Shown one piece after another: positions 48,265 through 61,269 of a stretch of 64,000 nucleotides of DNA (position 1 is the first letter of the stretch; each line of letters begins with the position of its first letter). Location of the stretch: NCBI RefSeq assembly GCF_006345805.1, contig NC_042999.1, positions 95,232,001 to 95,296,000 of the forward strand. The letters run 5' to 3'. The translations under genes and the position numbers were made by a program. The notes below the pieces were generated by a model that had not been told where the DNA came from, searched no databases, and saw nothing but the letters and a program-made list of their open reading frames with translations. This DNA is from Octopus sinensis (lineage: Eukaryota).

Positions 48265-48480
48265 AAGGCAGTGAACTGGCAGAATCATTATTGCACTAGG
48301 CAAAATGCTTAGTGGTATTTCATCTGTCTTTGTATTCTGAGTTCAAATTCTGCCAAAGTTGACTTTATCTTTCATCCTTTCAAGGTCAATAAAATGAGTA
48401 CCAGTTGAGCACTGGGGGTGATGTAGTCAACTTAGCTTGTCCTCCGAAATTGCTGGCCTTGTGCCAAAATTTGAAACCAT
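48265..48480 (+). mobile_element. tRNA-derived SINE type C (better-preserved copy)
   Basis: AAGGCAGTGAACTGGCAGAATC head, TTCTGAGTTCAAATTCTG, CTTTCATCCTTTCAAGGTCAATAAAATGAGTACCAG, tail GCCTTGTGCCAAAATTTGAAACC. Confidence 0.8.
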
Positions 48481-48497
48481 TATTACAATTACCAATC

Positions 48498-48705
48498 AAG
48501 GCTAGCAGAATTGTTAGCATGCTAGACAAAATGCCTGTCAGCATTTCTTCTATCTTAACATTCTGAGTTCAAAACTCCACTGAAATCAACTTTGCTTCTC
48601 ATCCTTTCAGAGTCAATTAAATAAGTGGCAGACAAGTAATTAGGTTGATGTACACAACTTCCTCTTCTCCTCAAAAACTGCTGGCCCAGTGCCCTGAACT
48701 ACCAA
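48498..48705 (+). mobile_element. tRNA-derived SINE type C (more decayed tandem copy)
   Basis: Colinear with 48265-48480. Confidence 0.7.
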
Positions 48706-49149
48706 TACTGTCACTACCACTAACATTATTACTACTACTAAAACCAATAGTATTCTTATTATCATTACAATTACTATCTCTGTTATTATCATTGTTATTA
48801 TGATCATCCTCACAACTATTTAAAAATTCAATTGGAGAGATTGGGATTTCAAGGTTTCTGGTACAAGATTTCCAGTACAAAGATTTTTGTTATAGGTGGT
48901 GGGGACAGGAGTGGATGGGTACACCACCAGCAAGCAAGTTTCTAACATTGAAGAGAGAGAGAGAGAGAGAGTGAGAAAACAATCAAAAATAGAAAGGATG
49001 AGAGAGGAAAAAACAAAAAACTTAAGACTAACATGCAAGTAACTTACTAACATTGATCAGGAAGAAGAAATAACTGTTTTCATTTGCATCTTATGAACTG
49101 CATATTGAAACAATAATCCTGGTTTAGATGTTGTTGTTGTTGTTCTTCT

Positions 49150-49168
49150 TCTTCTTCATCTTCTTCTA

Positions 49169-49227
<59 letters not shown>

Positions 49228-50220
49228 GGTTATCATTATTTTCCTAGTGCATGCTAATTTAGTTAGCAGGTATTTTATCTTAAATCTCAAGAACCTTTCT
49301 TAGGGTTCTTGCAGAATATAGGATGGTAAATTTTTGCAAGTTGACAATGTGAGTTTCAATTCCAATGTCTTCCTGTCGTTAATCTAGCATTTTGGATGTT
49401 GTGCCAAGTGCACCAATTACTACAACCATAATCATAGTCTTCCACAGTCTCTTCAGCTCTCCTACTAGATTCTGATGTTTTTCAATTTTTCAATTTGTTT
49501 GGTATTTACTCTGCTGTTATAGGGAATTGCAAATTTGTAATGTTATACTGTTTGTTTATTTTGACCTCTGTAATCATATTTGGTCCCCCTGCTTCAACAG
49601 AATGGTCAGTCTTTATGGGGAAGTTGCACAAGATCTTATGACTCTCATTGTTTATCACAGACTTTGGTTTATGTTCTTAACCACTTTTCTGGTGTTTTGA
49701 AGCCATACACACAGCTAACATTCCAATTCACTCTTTTGTTCGCAGTCATGTCTGTTTGGTTCTAGCATAGTGTACCCACTCAAATTGTGATTGATATTTT
49801 CATCTTCTTTCCTGGAGATTCTACATTTACTGTCTGAGTTATGTTGCCATTTGGTTTTATCAGATTTGTTCTAATGTCTTGTTCCTGAATTGCTATAATT
49901 AGCCCTTTGGTTCCTCATTTCTAGTACCCATCTGTCAACCAAAGCCAACAATCTTTACGTCCAGTATCCTTGGTTTGTTGCATGAATTGGCTATGTAATT
50001 CCATTTCTTTGTTTATTCTGTTGTTCTTCCTTTTCTGTTAGAATTCTCCTACTGTTTCAGTCATTCTTTGGGCCTCTAAGGCCATGGAAAGTATCCATCA
50101 CTCTGCACTACATAATTTTTCAGACCCAATATTGTAGTACCAACAGTGTCATCTATATTTAATAATCCCCTGTCACCTTTCTTGGTTGATAGAGCCAGTT
50201 GGTATTACTTTGAGGATGCA
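49150..50220 (-). mobile_element. R4/Dong-like LINE C-terminus (CCHC and restriction-like endonuclease) with (TAA)n tail
   Basis: LHPQSN...LY.PRR, ELHSQF, GLIIAIQEQDIRTN, NINH..SG, EKIEKHQNL..ELKRLW, VVVIGALGT. (ATT)n at ~49160-49230 is the tail. Confidence 0.78.
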
Positions 50221-50449
50221 GCACATTGTGTGTGTGTGTGTGTGTGTGTGTGGGTGTAGCTTTCTCATTCTTTTATCAAAGTTTTGTAGCTTGACCTTTG
50301 TCCATTTCAGAAAGGGAACTGAATAACTCAGTACTCTTTAACAACTGTCTTTTGTACTCTTTAATGACCTTCTTTTTCATTTCTTCTTCCATTACCATAT
50401 TGACTTACAGATACACACACACACACACACACACACACATTATATATAA

Positions 50450-50595
50450 AGTGTTTCTTTCAGGTTCCATCTACCAAATCTTCTCACAAGGCTTTGGTCA
50501 GCCAAAAGCTATAGTAGAAAACACTTCTCCAAGGTGCCATACAGTGGAACCAAAACCTGGAACCATGTGGTTAGGAACCTAACTTCCTATCACAT
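50450..50595 (-). mobile_element. SINE type A head fragment
   Basis: CACAAGGCTTTGGTCAGCC..AGCTATAGTAGAAAACACTT..CCAAGGTGCCAT...GGAACCATGTGGTT; microsatellite at the usual internal position. Confidence 0.75.
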
Positions 50596-51859
50596 GATTT
50601 TATGTGTAAATGAAATCAGAAATCTGTAAATTATATTTACAGAAATCTGTAAATATAATTATAAAGAGTTTTGCAAAGCATGAAGATTAATATTTAGTAA
50701 ACTAATTTCCCAAATGTTCAATACTCTTCTGATAACTAAATTCAGTTATGAAGCTTCAGTTTACCATATGAATTCTCAATGAAGTTAGTTTGAAATATAT
50801 TTAGAATAACATTGTGCAAAATGTAATATAATTTTCTGTGAGTGACAATGGTGTTTAAATTTAGGTATCATAAAAGAAGATAGATTATAGAGCAGCTGAA
50901 TTTCAAGAAGTTATTGATGCTTTGCTTTGTTTTATAGTTCTTCACTTAAGTGTTATTTAAATTAATATATACAATTTTACAGCCTACTGGAATTCCTATT
51001 GCTAATGTAATATCCAAGTTGATTGTTTTTTTTTATTCTATGGCAAGGGTAAAAAACATCTTACCAGAAATCCATATTACTTATTATTTCTTTTTTCTCA
51101 TTAGCAAAAGGAATAAAAAAATATCTTTATGCATTTATTTGATTAAATTTTCTTTCTTTTAATCAGAGTTCTTAACATGCATATATAGCTGTTATTTTGT
51201 TGTAAGCTTCCACAGTACTTGTTAATGTTTTAATCACTGTTTCCTGCATATATATATCGATGCATGAATTTCATTTAAGCAAGTGAAAATTGAGTGTACC
51301 ACACTGACAAGCCTCAACAAAGCAAAACACATCTGTCATTTTCATGAGTCATTGCAGCAACGATGTTCTTCTCTTTCCAATATATATTGCATTTCTAACA
51401 CAGCAAGGCTATTAAGAGATTTTATCTCAAGACAATTATAGAGCTTCAAGCCTTCTAATAGTTTGTATAAATTTAGTATGATACACAGATAGCGATTTTG
51501 ACGTTTTTGATTACTGCTGTTTCCCTTGTGAATGTGTGTGTGCATGTGTGTGCGTGTGTGTGCTCTGCTCTTCCTTCCCTGTCTCAATGTTTCTCTCACT
51601 CTCTATGTGTAGCATTCATTTACTCATTGCTTACCACCAAGCCTAGTATGTGCATTCATACTGTACTCTGTATTTCTCTTTCAGTTTCTCTGCTCCTCCC
51701 TCTATATGATGTAAAGTATGTTGCAAGAGAAATCAAAACATCAACCTACATTTATATCACTTGTTATTATATCAGAGATATGTAAGGTGTTTTCCCCAAC
51801 CATATTGTCTAAAATGCTGATTATTTTGGTTGATACATTGTTTTATATTCAACTTGTGC

Positions 51860-52058
51860 CATGGAAAAAGCACCCAGTACACTCTATAAACTAGTTGGCA
51901 TTAGGAAAAGTATCCAGCTATAGAAACCATACCAAAACAGACAAAAGAACCTGGTATGGCTCCTGGCCTCACTAGCTCCTGTCAAACTGTCCAATCCATG
52001 CCAGCATGGAAAATGGATGTTAAATGATGATGACAAAGATGATGATGATGATGATGAT
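51860..52058 (+). mobile_element. SINE/LINE fragment with RTE-type tail
   Basis: AAAAAGCACCCAGTACACTC..GTTGGCATTAGGAAA..ATCCAGCT...CCATGCCAGCATGGAAAATGGATGTTAAAT(GAT)n. Confidence 0.78.
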
Positions 52059-55000
52059 ATGTGATAAATAGCACCACTCTTACAATGACACAAAGGAAAA
52101 AAGTTTAACACAGCAAAGTTCTTCTAAATAAGAGTATATCTAAACTGAACTTTTCCTAGATCATTGTGGATTACTAAATATTGGTATTACCAAGTGATTC
52201 ATATATTCAGTTGTTAGACAAAATGCGGAATTGTATTTCTCTTCTGATTTTATTTTAAAGCAACAAATCAAAGAATATTTCTAAGGAAGTACCTCTTCAC
52301 AATTCACCTGCAGGTCAGAAATAGCCAGTCAAAATACATATATTTATGTAGTTGTTTGACAAACTCCACAGCAGTGGCACATGTTCACATTCATCTATTA
52401 TAAATGTATTTGATTTCATCCAAAGTTATCTTGACTGATCTCTTCTGTTTGATTTAAACAGATTCAATCTGGGCTTGAGTCAGATAAGGGTTTTTGACAA
52501 GAATGATATATATTCTAATATTGGCTGTTAATACAATTAGATACATATCAAATTATATTGCAATTACTGTTTGTATGATGAAGTTTGGAAGCAATGAATA
52601 TATGTATTTCAATGTGTCATATATTTCCTTTTGTTTTTTTGTTTACTGTAAGTAAGAAAATAACTGGCATGGTTTGGAGAATTATAGAAATTTTTATATT
52701 ACTTGAGTTGTTTAAGCAACAATTTCGCAGCTGAATGCTGTAGTTTAGACATAGTTTTTGAATTTAGATAAAGAGAGTGAGGAAATCTGAGTTACCATAA
52801 TGCTAACAGATTATGACAAACTGATGTACATATTTTATAAGAAACACCTGTGTTGTATGAATAATAAAATATATAAAAATTAATAAAACAAAGCTAGCCA
52901 TGTTAGCAGAATATTTTTTAAATATTTCTGCTGCTCTAATGTTGTCACTCTTAATCCCTTAAGTATTAGCAGTGCTAGATATTAGTTTAAACTAATTTAT
53001 AACAAATAACATTTCAGAACCGACAAGCTAGTTTAATTCTTGTCTGTTTAGGTTTGCAAATCAGACATTATGTTAGCAAGTGTAAAGATTAAAAAATTAT
53101 ATAAAAATATTAGTATTGAAAGAGTTATTTTTGACTTACTTTTCAGTTTAACACTAGACTTATAAAATTACTAAAATATCCTCTGATATCAGCTGTAATT
53201 TCAGTAAGATAAAGAGAATAAAAATTTGTGTTATCAGTATAGTCATGGGTGTTTGGCAAATATATCAAATGTTAAGGTTTATGCCAAGATGAAGTGGTAG
53301 TTCTAATTAGAGTAATTTCATCTCTTTCAGCTTTAATCACATACTGCCTTATGCTTCATGGTAGGAAAGTAGTTTGTCCTAAATGAAATATTGGTCAAAT
53401 ATTGATTGGAAAGAATTCTGTCCCAGCTTCTTGTTTTATTTATCTACAATTTTCATCTTGGAAACTTTATTTTCTATAAAGCAATTCCTATCAATTTTAA
53501 TTGATTATCCTTTCCATAAAACTCAATGGAGAATTCATCTTTTTCTCTCTCCCCACTTCTTTTGGCTAAAATATTTCTTCACATATTCTCCACTCTACTT
53601 CAAAGTAAACTAATTGACATAAGGGAGGATATTCCACTATGAAATATTTTCTAAAAGATGAGAAATTGTGTGTGTGCGTGCATGTGTGTGTGTGTGAGTA
53701 AAAGAGAGAAAGAAAGAGAGGGAGTATGTGCATGTGAAGCTATATTTATGTATCAGCTTGTACATGCATTTTAGTTTAGCTAGTAAAACATTTGGCCATA
53801 ATCCAAAGCAAGTAAATCTTATTTAAAACTTGATGCATTTACTCTATTTTAGCTTTTGCTTGACTATATTTCATTATGAATATCTTAAAGTTTACTATCT
53901 CTGTTTGTACATCTGTTAGTTATGCAGGTGCAGTTATAGTGCTATAAATGTTGAAATTGTTTATAAAATTGTTGAAAAAACTACTGCTGACTGATTACTC
54001 TGATTGTGAAGAGTTTTAACTTCGTTTATTCTTAGATATTTGTTTCCACAAACATTGCAAGAGGATATTTCTAGTTAACACAGGTTATTTCTCCCAGCCT
54101 TGTCTTTTGTTTTCATTATGGATATTTGTTCATAACTCTTCTAAACCTTCTCAGCAAGATCTTTGATATAGCCAATAACTATAGCAACCCAGTGCTTGAA
54201 ATAAAGAGTTCTATCCCAACCAAAGTATGTCTACAGAAGTAACACCTAAGAATCAACGAATAGCCTTCTCAAAATAAAATCAAAAGAGTGACCAAATGAT
54301 AAATTCAATCTCAAACATTTGTAATCATATATCTAGTACAAAAAACTCATCTCAGAAATATAGACATACAACAGAAAATTATGATCTAAATGGTACTGAC
54401 CCTTAAAATCCTTTTGTATTAAAACTACCTATATAAAGATTTTCTCATTATGTTATGTATCTAAGGTAAATCATTTTGGTGGAACTCTTCCATCAAAGAA
54501 GTTGTATTTTTAGGTGCAGTTGAGCTTAGCAAAGGAAGCTGATGAAAACATGTCAATTTTGTTACTACTGCAGCTTACAGTTGTAAGTTGCTTCTGTATG
54601 TTGTGCCTATTTTACAGATGAGCAAACTGGGCCATTTGAGAATGAAATTTCTGTATGATAGACACTAGTAACTGCAGGATATGAATCATTAAGAGTTTGG
54701 CTGATGCAGCCAAACTCTGGTATTGTTAACCATGAAGCTCACAAGAGCTGCAGATGTTTGACTACTGTTACTACTTTAAATTCCATTTTTTAGCTGAAAA
54801 TTCTCAAAATAATGTTTAAAAAAGAGACCTGTATACAAAATATTATTTATTTCTACTTTTCATGTATGTTATGTCTGTTGAATATATTTTTCCACCGAAG
54901 CAATAACCTATTCTTAGATTACTATTTTTAAAAATTTTGCTTCATGGAAAAATTATTGTGAGAGAAAGAAAAATGAAAAACATTGTGCTGTTTTGCTTCT

Positions 55001-55670
55001 CTGTTTGTTCCTTATTCTTTTATCTATTTATATATAGTATCATAACTGTTTTCAAGTGCACCACTTAGTCTGATTTTTCTCAAAAACAGAAAAAGAATCT
55101 CAGTGTATAACAATGACCTGTCTCGAAGTGTTCTCTCATGAAGAGATGCAGCAAAATTTCATTGAAATTGTTTACCTCCATTATATAGTTTTATGTTGAC
55201 TACATAACACACCCTCTCTCTCTCTTTCTCTCTCACACACACACACATGCACATGCTTACATACATATACGTATATATATATATATTTTTTTTTCATTCA
55301 GAAGCTGAGGCCAAGAAGGTCTTGGAATGTTAATGGATTTAGGAATGTTTTTGACCAAACTAAACATAAAAGACTAATAAGGGAATATGAGACACTTGTC
55401 ATAAAAAGATAGGAGTTAAAAGAATATGCATCTTAAAAATGACAGGCTTGAAAGAAAGACTGTCACCTAAATGTGTGTGTGTGTGTTTGTGCACTTACGT
55501 ATATGTGTCTATATATGTATAATTATATACATTTATATGTATGTCTTTATAAAAACCGTATTATTTATGGGAAGACCCAATATATATATGTGTGTGTACA
55601 TATATCTATATAAGTATATATATATATCTATATATACACTTACATAGATATATCTATACGAATCTATATA

Positions 55671-56187
55671 TTGAGTTGTCCCATAACTAATACAGTTTTT
55701 TTATATATTTCTTTTATTTTTCAAAATTAAGATAAAGTTCTTTTTTAATCTAAAATATACTCTCCTTCATTTTCTACAATGTTCTTCCAACTATCTGGTA
55801 GGCTTGCACGGCTCCTCTTCCAAAATTCACTTGTCCATGATGAAAAATACTCCTCCAGTACAGTTCTGACCTCGTCTACAGAATTCCTATTTTTTCTGTT
55901 CAACTGATTTTGAAGACTGTGGAATAAATGGTTATCAGATGGGGCAATGTCTGGCGAATATGGTGGGTGGGCATCATTTGCATTCAAACTGCTCCAGCCT
56001 TTGGAATGTCATCCTTGCTGCATGTAACTGAGCATTATCCTGATGGAAGAACGCCATTCGTCTTGATAACAAAGATAGTAATTTTTCTTCCCACAGTAGA
56101 TCTCCTTTGTTATCATTTTGTTTGTGTTTAAAATTTCAAAGTGGACTAACCCTTTCATAACCCACCTAACAGATAACAGCACCTTAT
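55671..56187 (-). mobile_element. mariner DD34D transposase 3' half and TIR
   Basis: KVLLSVRW.MKG.VHFE, HQDNAQLHAA...HPPYSPDIAPSDNHLFHSLQN (34 residues between the Asp residues after one indel), W..IVENEGEYILD*. Cut by (CA)n at ~56188. Confidence 0.85.
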
Positions 56188-56244
<57 letters not shown>

Positions 56245-56246
56245 TG

Positions 56247-56283
<37 letters not shown>

Positions 56284-56314
56284 GTGTGTGTATAAATATA
56301 TTTTTTTATTCTTT

Positions 56315-56408
56315 TATTTGTTTCATTCATTTGACTGTGGCCATGTTGGACCACCACTTTAAGGGGTTTTAGTTGAACAAATCGACCTAGGACTTTTTCC
56401 TTGTATGC
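56315..56408 (-). mobile_element. SINE type A 3' fragment
   Basis: TTTGTTTCATTCATTTGACTGTGGCCATGTTGGACCACC...AAATCGACCTAGGACTT matches 401-490. Confidence 0.7.
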
Positions 56409-56427
56409 CTAACCCTAATCCTAACCC

Positions 56428-57727
56428 GAGCAAAAACCAAAGTCTTAGTAAGTAGGAAGGCTGTCAAATCACAACCCACCTCAGGTTGATGGCCCTGCTT
56501 GATCTGTAGAAAAGGCATGGCTAGAAACTCCATACAATGTACCTGGTGTAAGCTATGGACACATAAACGATGCAGCAATATTAAAGGAAGGTTAACCAGG
56601 AAAATAATCATTGTGTGTGACAGATGCCCAGGGGCAATAAACACTGAAGATGTACAGAAAACAGATTCCATCACATGCCAGGGGAAGAAACTAGAAGTAG
56701 TTAATAGCTTCTACTCCCTAGGTGACCAAATCTGTAGTGGGGGTGGTTACTCTGAGAGTGTAGAACCTAGAGTAAGAATAGCCTGGGTAAAGTTCAGGGA
56801 GCTCCTACCTCTGCTGGCAACTAAGTGCCTCTCACTCAAGATGAAAGGTAGACTGCATGATGTATGTGTGTGAACTGCCATGCTACATGGCAGTGAAACA
56901 TGGGCCTTGAATGTTAAGGACATGCGTAGGCTTGAAAGACATGAAGCTAGTATGATCCACTGGATATCTAATGTCAGTGTGCATACACATCAGAGTGTAA
57001 GTGCCCTGAGAGAAAAGTTAGACATAAGAAGTTTCAAATGTGGTGTGCAAGAGAAGTGACTGTGCTGGTATGGTCATGTGTTATGTATGAATGAAGACAG
57101 CTGTGTGAGAAGTCCTAGCAACTAAAGTGAGGTTGCAGCCACACATGTCTGGCCCTGTTAAGAATACCCCTGATGCACTGGGCAATATGATATGCTTGAA
57201 AAGACCTGTTGAGTCAAGTAAAACCAATATCATAGCTGTGGCCAGTGCCTCCTGACTGGCTCCCATGCCAGTGGTACATAAAGAGGACCAACCAAGCATG
57301 GCTGATGCCAGTACCCACAGACTGGCTCCTGTGTCAGTGGCATGTAAAAAGCACCATCCAACTGTGGTCGATGCCAGATCCGCCTGACTGGTTCCTGTGC
57401 TGGTAGCACATAAAAAGTACCAACCAATTGTGGCCGATGCCAGTACCTGCTGACTGGCTCTTGTGCCAGTGACACATAAAAAGCACCATCCAAACGTGAT
57501 CGATGCCAGGCCTGCCTAACAGGCTCCTGTGCCAGTGGCACGTAAAAAGACACTCACTACAATCTCAGAGTGTAGGCATTAGGAAAGGCATCCAGCTGTA
57601 GAAACATTGCCAGATCAGATTGGAGCCTGGTGCAGCTGCTGGCTCTCCAGACCTTAGTCAAACTGTCCAACCCATGCCAGCATGGAAAGTAGCGGCGAAA
57701 CGATGATGATATGATGCTGATGATGAT
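56428..57727 (+). mobile_element. RTE LINE 3' fragment with five 66 bp UTR repeats and (GAT)n tail
   Basis: [39 protein letters not shown]; tandem units at 57238-57555; tail CCATGCCAGCATGGAAAG...ACGATGATGAT. Confidence 0.9.
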
Positions 57728-58974
57728 ATATTTATATATATATTTATATATTCAAATATGAATTAGAAGCAGCTCAAGTTATATAAACAAAGTCAAGCAT
57801 ACATACATGAAGTGTGTGTGTTGTTAGTTCGTTGGGTGGCTGTGTTTTTGTTAGGGGTAAGGTAATATATTCTCAATGCCTTTGGTGTAAAGACACCTGA
57901 AAGCAAGTCAAAACCAAGTGAGACAACTTACATCAAATCACTTTCTTTGGGGTGACTGACATCGATGTTGCATCATCTTTTTGACTTGTGAATGCCACAT
58001 ACCGAATAGGGTTTGTTGTGAGCTATCTAAGTCCCAACATGTCACGCCAAGAAAAAATTCAAATATGAACTAGAAGCAGCTTGAAGAATATAAACAAAGC
58101 CAAACACACTATATAGTCATAGCCAGTTAGATAGTTCACAGCTAGTTAGATATATTCCTGGATATGACTTAAAATTGTATCCAGTCATGGGGCTTTCTTT
58201 TTGCAAGTTCCAGTGTTTTGAGAAATGTGGAACTACCTCTTAGCCACTATTGTCCCCAGGTCTACTCTGACTCAGAGAAGTCACACCTGTCAAGATCCCA
58301 GCTACTGATTGACTAGCATATGTGATGATATTTCATCAGCATGTAGGAATACAGAAATACCCTTGGTTGGTGTCAAGACATGCAGTTAAACCACCAAGAG
58401 TAGGCGACTCCTAACTGTTGTCATAGCTAGGATGTCATAGCATCCTTCTTGGAGAGGGATATACTGATGTAAAACCTGTAGCTTCATGTAATTACTGGTC
58501 ATCTTGCTTTGGTCTGTCACTAGATACTAATCATAGAGACACAGAGAATGGTAAAAGTATTGTAGAAGCGTTTAGTACTATAATCTCATGACATACAGAT
58601 GTCTTATATATGAATGGATACTTTGGTAGGTGAGTATATGAATGGATTAGTGACACTTTTATAATGGTCTCACATTTGTTTATTAAGAAAGATCAGTTCT
58701 GTATTACAAATAAATGTTTGAAATGTTGTTACCCATAATCTGACACTGAAGCAATCTTCAATTTTCAAAATAACTCAGTCAAATATCCAAATATATTTGA
58801 TGTTTTCGACTAGACAATCTAATACTTACATGTCAAACTGCATGTAAAAATGGTCTACAACCAAAATATATGGAAGGAAATATGACAAAACTTGAAGTAG
58901 TTATGAGATTAAATCATTATGTTATAGATTACCAGAGAGAGGAAGCTGGGGTCCTATTATTTATTCTGTTTAAG

Positions 58975-59180
58975 GAGGTTATCTGGCATTTTGGACAAAA
59001 TATTCAGTAGTGTTTTGTCTGTCTTTACATTTTGGTTTCAAATTCAGCTGAGGTCAACTCTGCTATTTGTTGTCTCAAGGCTGATAAAATAAGTTCTAGT
59101 TGAGCACTGGAATCATTGTATTCAACTAGCTTCCTCCCACAAAATTTCAGGCTTTATGCCTATAGTAGAAAAGATTATTT
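58975..59180 (+). mobile_element. degenerate tRNA-derived SINE type C
   Basis: TTTCAAATTCAGCTGAGGTCAACTCTGC...GCTGATAAAATAAGTTCTAGTTGAGCACTGG. Confidence 0.6.
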
Positions 59181-59991
59181 ATTCTAGTCTTTCTTCAGTC
59201 ATGTTATAGATTATGGTAGAAACTGAATACCATGTATTCACTTTTAAATGTATTGGATGGAGATGAGAAGATCTAACAGAGTGTTTTAGACTATATGACT
59301 GATTTATAACTATGCTATTTCTAAGGACTTTATGTTATAGAAATAGGTTTCTACATCACAATTTCCCTGCATAAGGATTTTGACATAAACTGGAAAGAAA
59401 TCTCACAAGGAAAAATGTCTTTTTAACATTTAAAATATGTTTATACACCATGTCTGATAGAAAGAGTATGAAGATGGGATGAAACAGTTAAATTTTATTA
59501 TATATAGTGAGAAAGGCAAGACAGCCAAGTCACCAAAGAATCAAGGTTAGTCACAAACATTGTGATATGTCCATGGCCAAGACAGCATATGTCATGTGGA
59601 ATTACAGCTTTTTGCTGTAAACAGTAGCACTACTGTAAGACTGATAAGTGTGTTGTTACCTTGCTTTGCTGAATGCAAACTCTTACACTTAGTATAGCTT
59701 GCATAGAGAAGGACTCAACCAAGTTAACATAGACTATTTATACATCTCATGTAGAGAAAATTTACAAACATGCTCTTACATGCCCTTACAACCAAGAAAG
59801 TTATAAGTCTCAAAATTACCATGTGTAATTAATCAATTAATTAATCCTCCCTTCAAGTACATGAGCTCATACTGTCAGTGATTAACTCTGGTTTCAGAAA
59901 CATTCAGTGGATGAAAGTAAACAAATCTACCCTCTGATAAGATATAGATATATTGCAGATAATTTCCTAAAAAAAGCCTAGTATATATTAT

Positions 59992-60045
59992 CATCATCAT
60001 CATCATCTTTTAACATCCGCTTTCCACGCTAGCACGGGTTGGACC
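59992..60045 (-). mobile_element. short RTE-type 3' tail insertion
   Basis: (CAT)n CTTTTAACATCCGCTTTCCACGCTAGCACGGGTTGGACC. Confidence 0.75.
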
Positions 60046-61269
60046 AAATTATTTATCTATATAAATAATTTCAACCATGTGAAATAATATTTGTAGTGAT
60101 ATGTAAACTTCCCATGTCTAAGCTTTGCATCTAATATCTTATCCGCTGACCCATTTCATTTTGAATATGATTTTAATTTTGAAATTTTTTATCCATTTTC
60201 CTATGCATAAACATTGGTTTTTTTTTACTATTGCTTGATCCAAAATACAACTGGATAACATTTCTACTTCTAACCACTTAACTGAGAAGTAGAGATAGTA
60301 TCTTTCATTCCAAGTAAATGTATGCAAGTACAATTATATACCTTCACCTGAAGCACAAGTGAAGTCTCACTTGAACTGCTGTCTAATCTGACAACTTGAT
60401 ATTATAAATATTCTCTCTCTCTCTCTCATAATTCCATTTTTTCAAAGCTGTTGTTAAAACCCAGTATATTGTCCTCTTGGATAAAGTAAGTTTAGTAAGA
60501 ACATTGACAATGGAGTGACTGACAGACTGATGGTTTCTTACTTAGAGTACCACCATGGCGATCCCACTCCATCACACAACCAATTTATATGAAGTGTTTA
60601 TGGATTTCCTCTCTTCTAAAGTATAAGGGCAGCTTCATAACACTCATATTCAGAGATAGTTTGACTTTCTCTCTTCCCTTTCCCACTATCTATCCATTGT
60701 ACCTCACTTTTCTTTCTGTCCTTCACTCAAAAGTATTTTTTCTTCTTTTCAAACTTTTTAGATATGATTCTTTAATTTTCTTTTGCCCTTCTACCTTCCC
60801 ATTACATCTTTTGTTCCACTTTCTACTATATGAATCCTTCTTTTTATTTTCTCTCAACATTGTAGGCTGTAATGAAAGCCTCTGTTGAGTGAACACAAAC
60901 ACTACATGATGCAATGAATGGCAGCCCTTCACTGCAGCTTGCAGAGTCTAGGGGAACTCTAACTCTGAATAAAAACTGATACAATGTGGAGGGAACACCT
61001 TAATTATGATAAATAACCTCTCTAATGTTGTCACATGATGAAAGACACCCATTTCATTCTGTAAAATGATTGGTGATAGGAAGGCAATCCAGGCTGTAAA
61101 AGCACAAAGAATCAAGAATATTCCAGTACATCAATAAAGCCTAATTGTGTACACATGGCTAGTATTTATCATGCTAGTACTGTGCTGTACATGGCAGTCG
61201 GGTTGTTATGTGGACATATTTAACTAAGTTTAACAACCTCTCAAGTATCATTAAGTGTTTACATACTTC

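Noticed and set aside
54611-54760. Possible host exon after TTTACAG
   Set aside because: Frames close quickly, no recognisable protein motif and no convincing donor; cannot be supported.
57238-57555. Regularly spaced repeats resembling a CRISPR array
   Set aside because: Whole 66 bp units are homologous with no unique spacers. They belong to an RTE 3'UTR in eukaryotic DNA, and no cas genes are present.
60250-60600. Possible very old RT relic on the minus strand
   Set aside because: Only vague motif resemblance; not enough to call.
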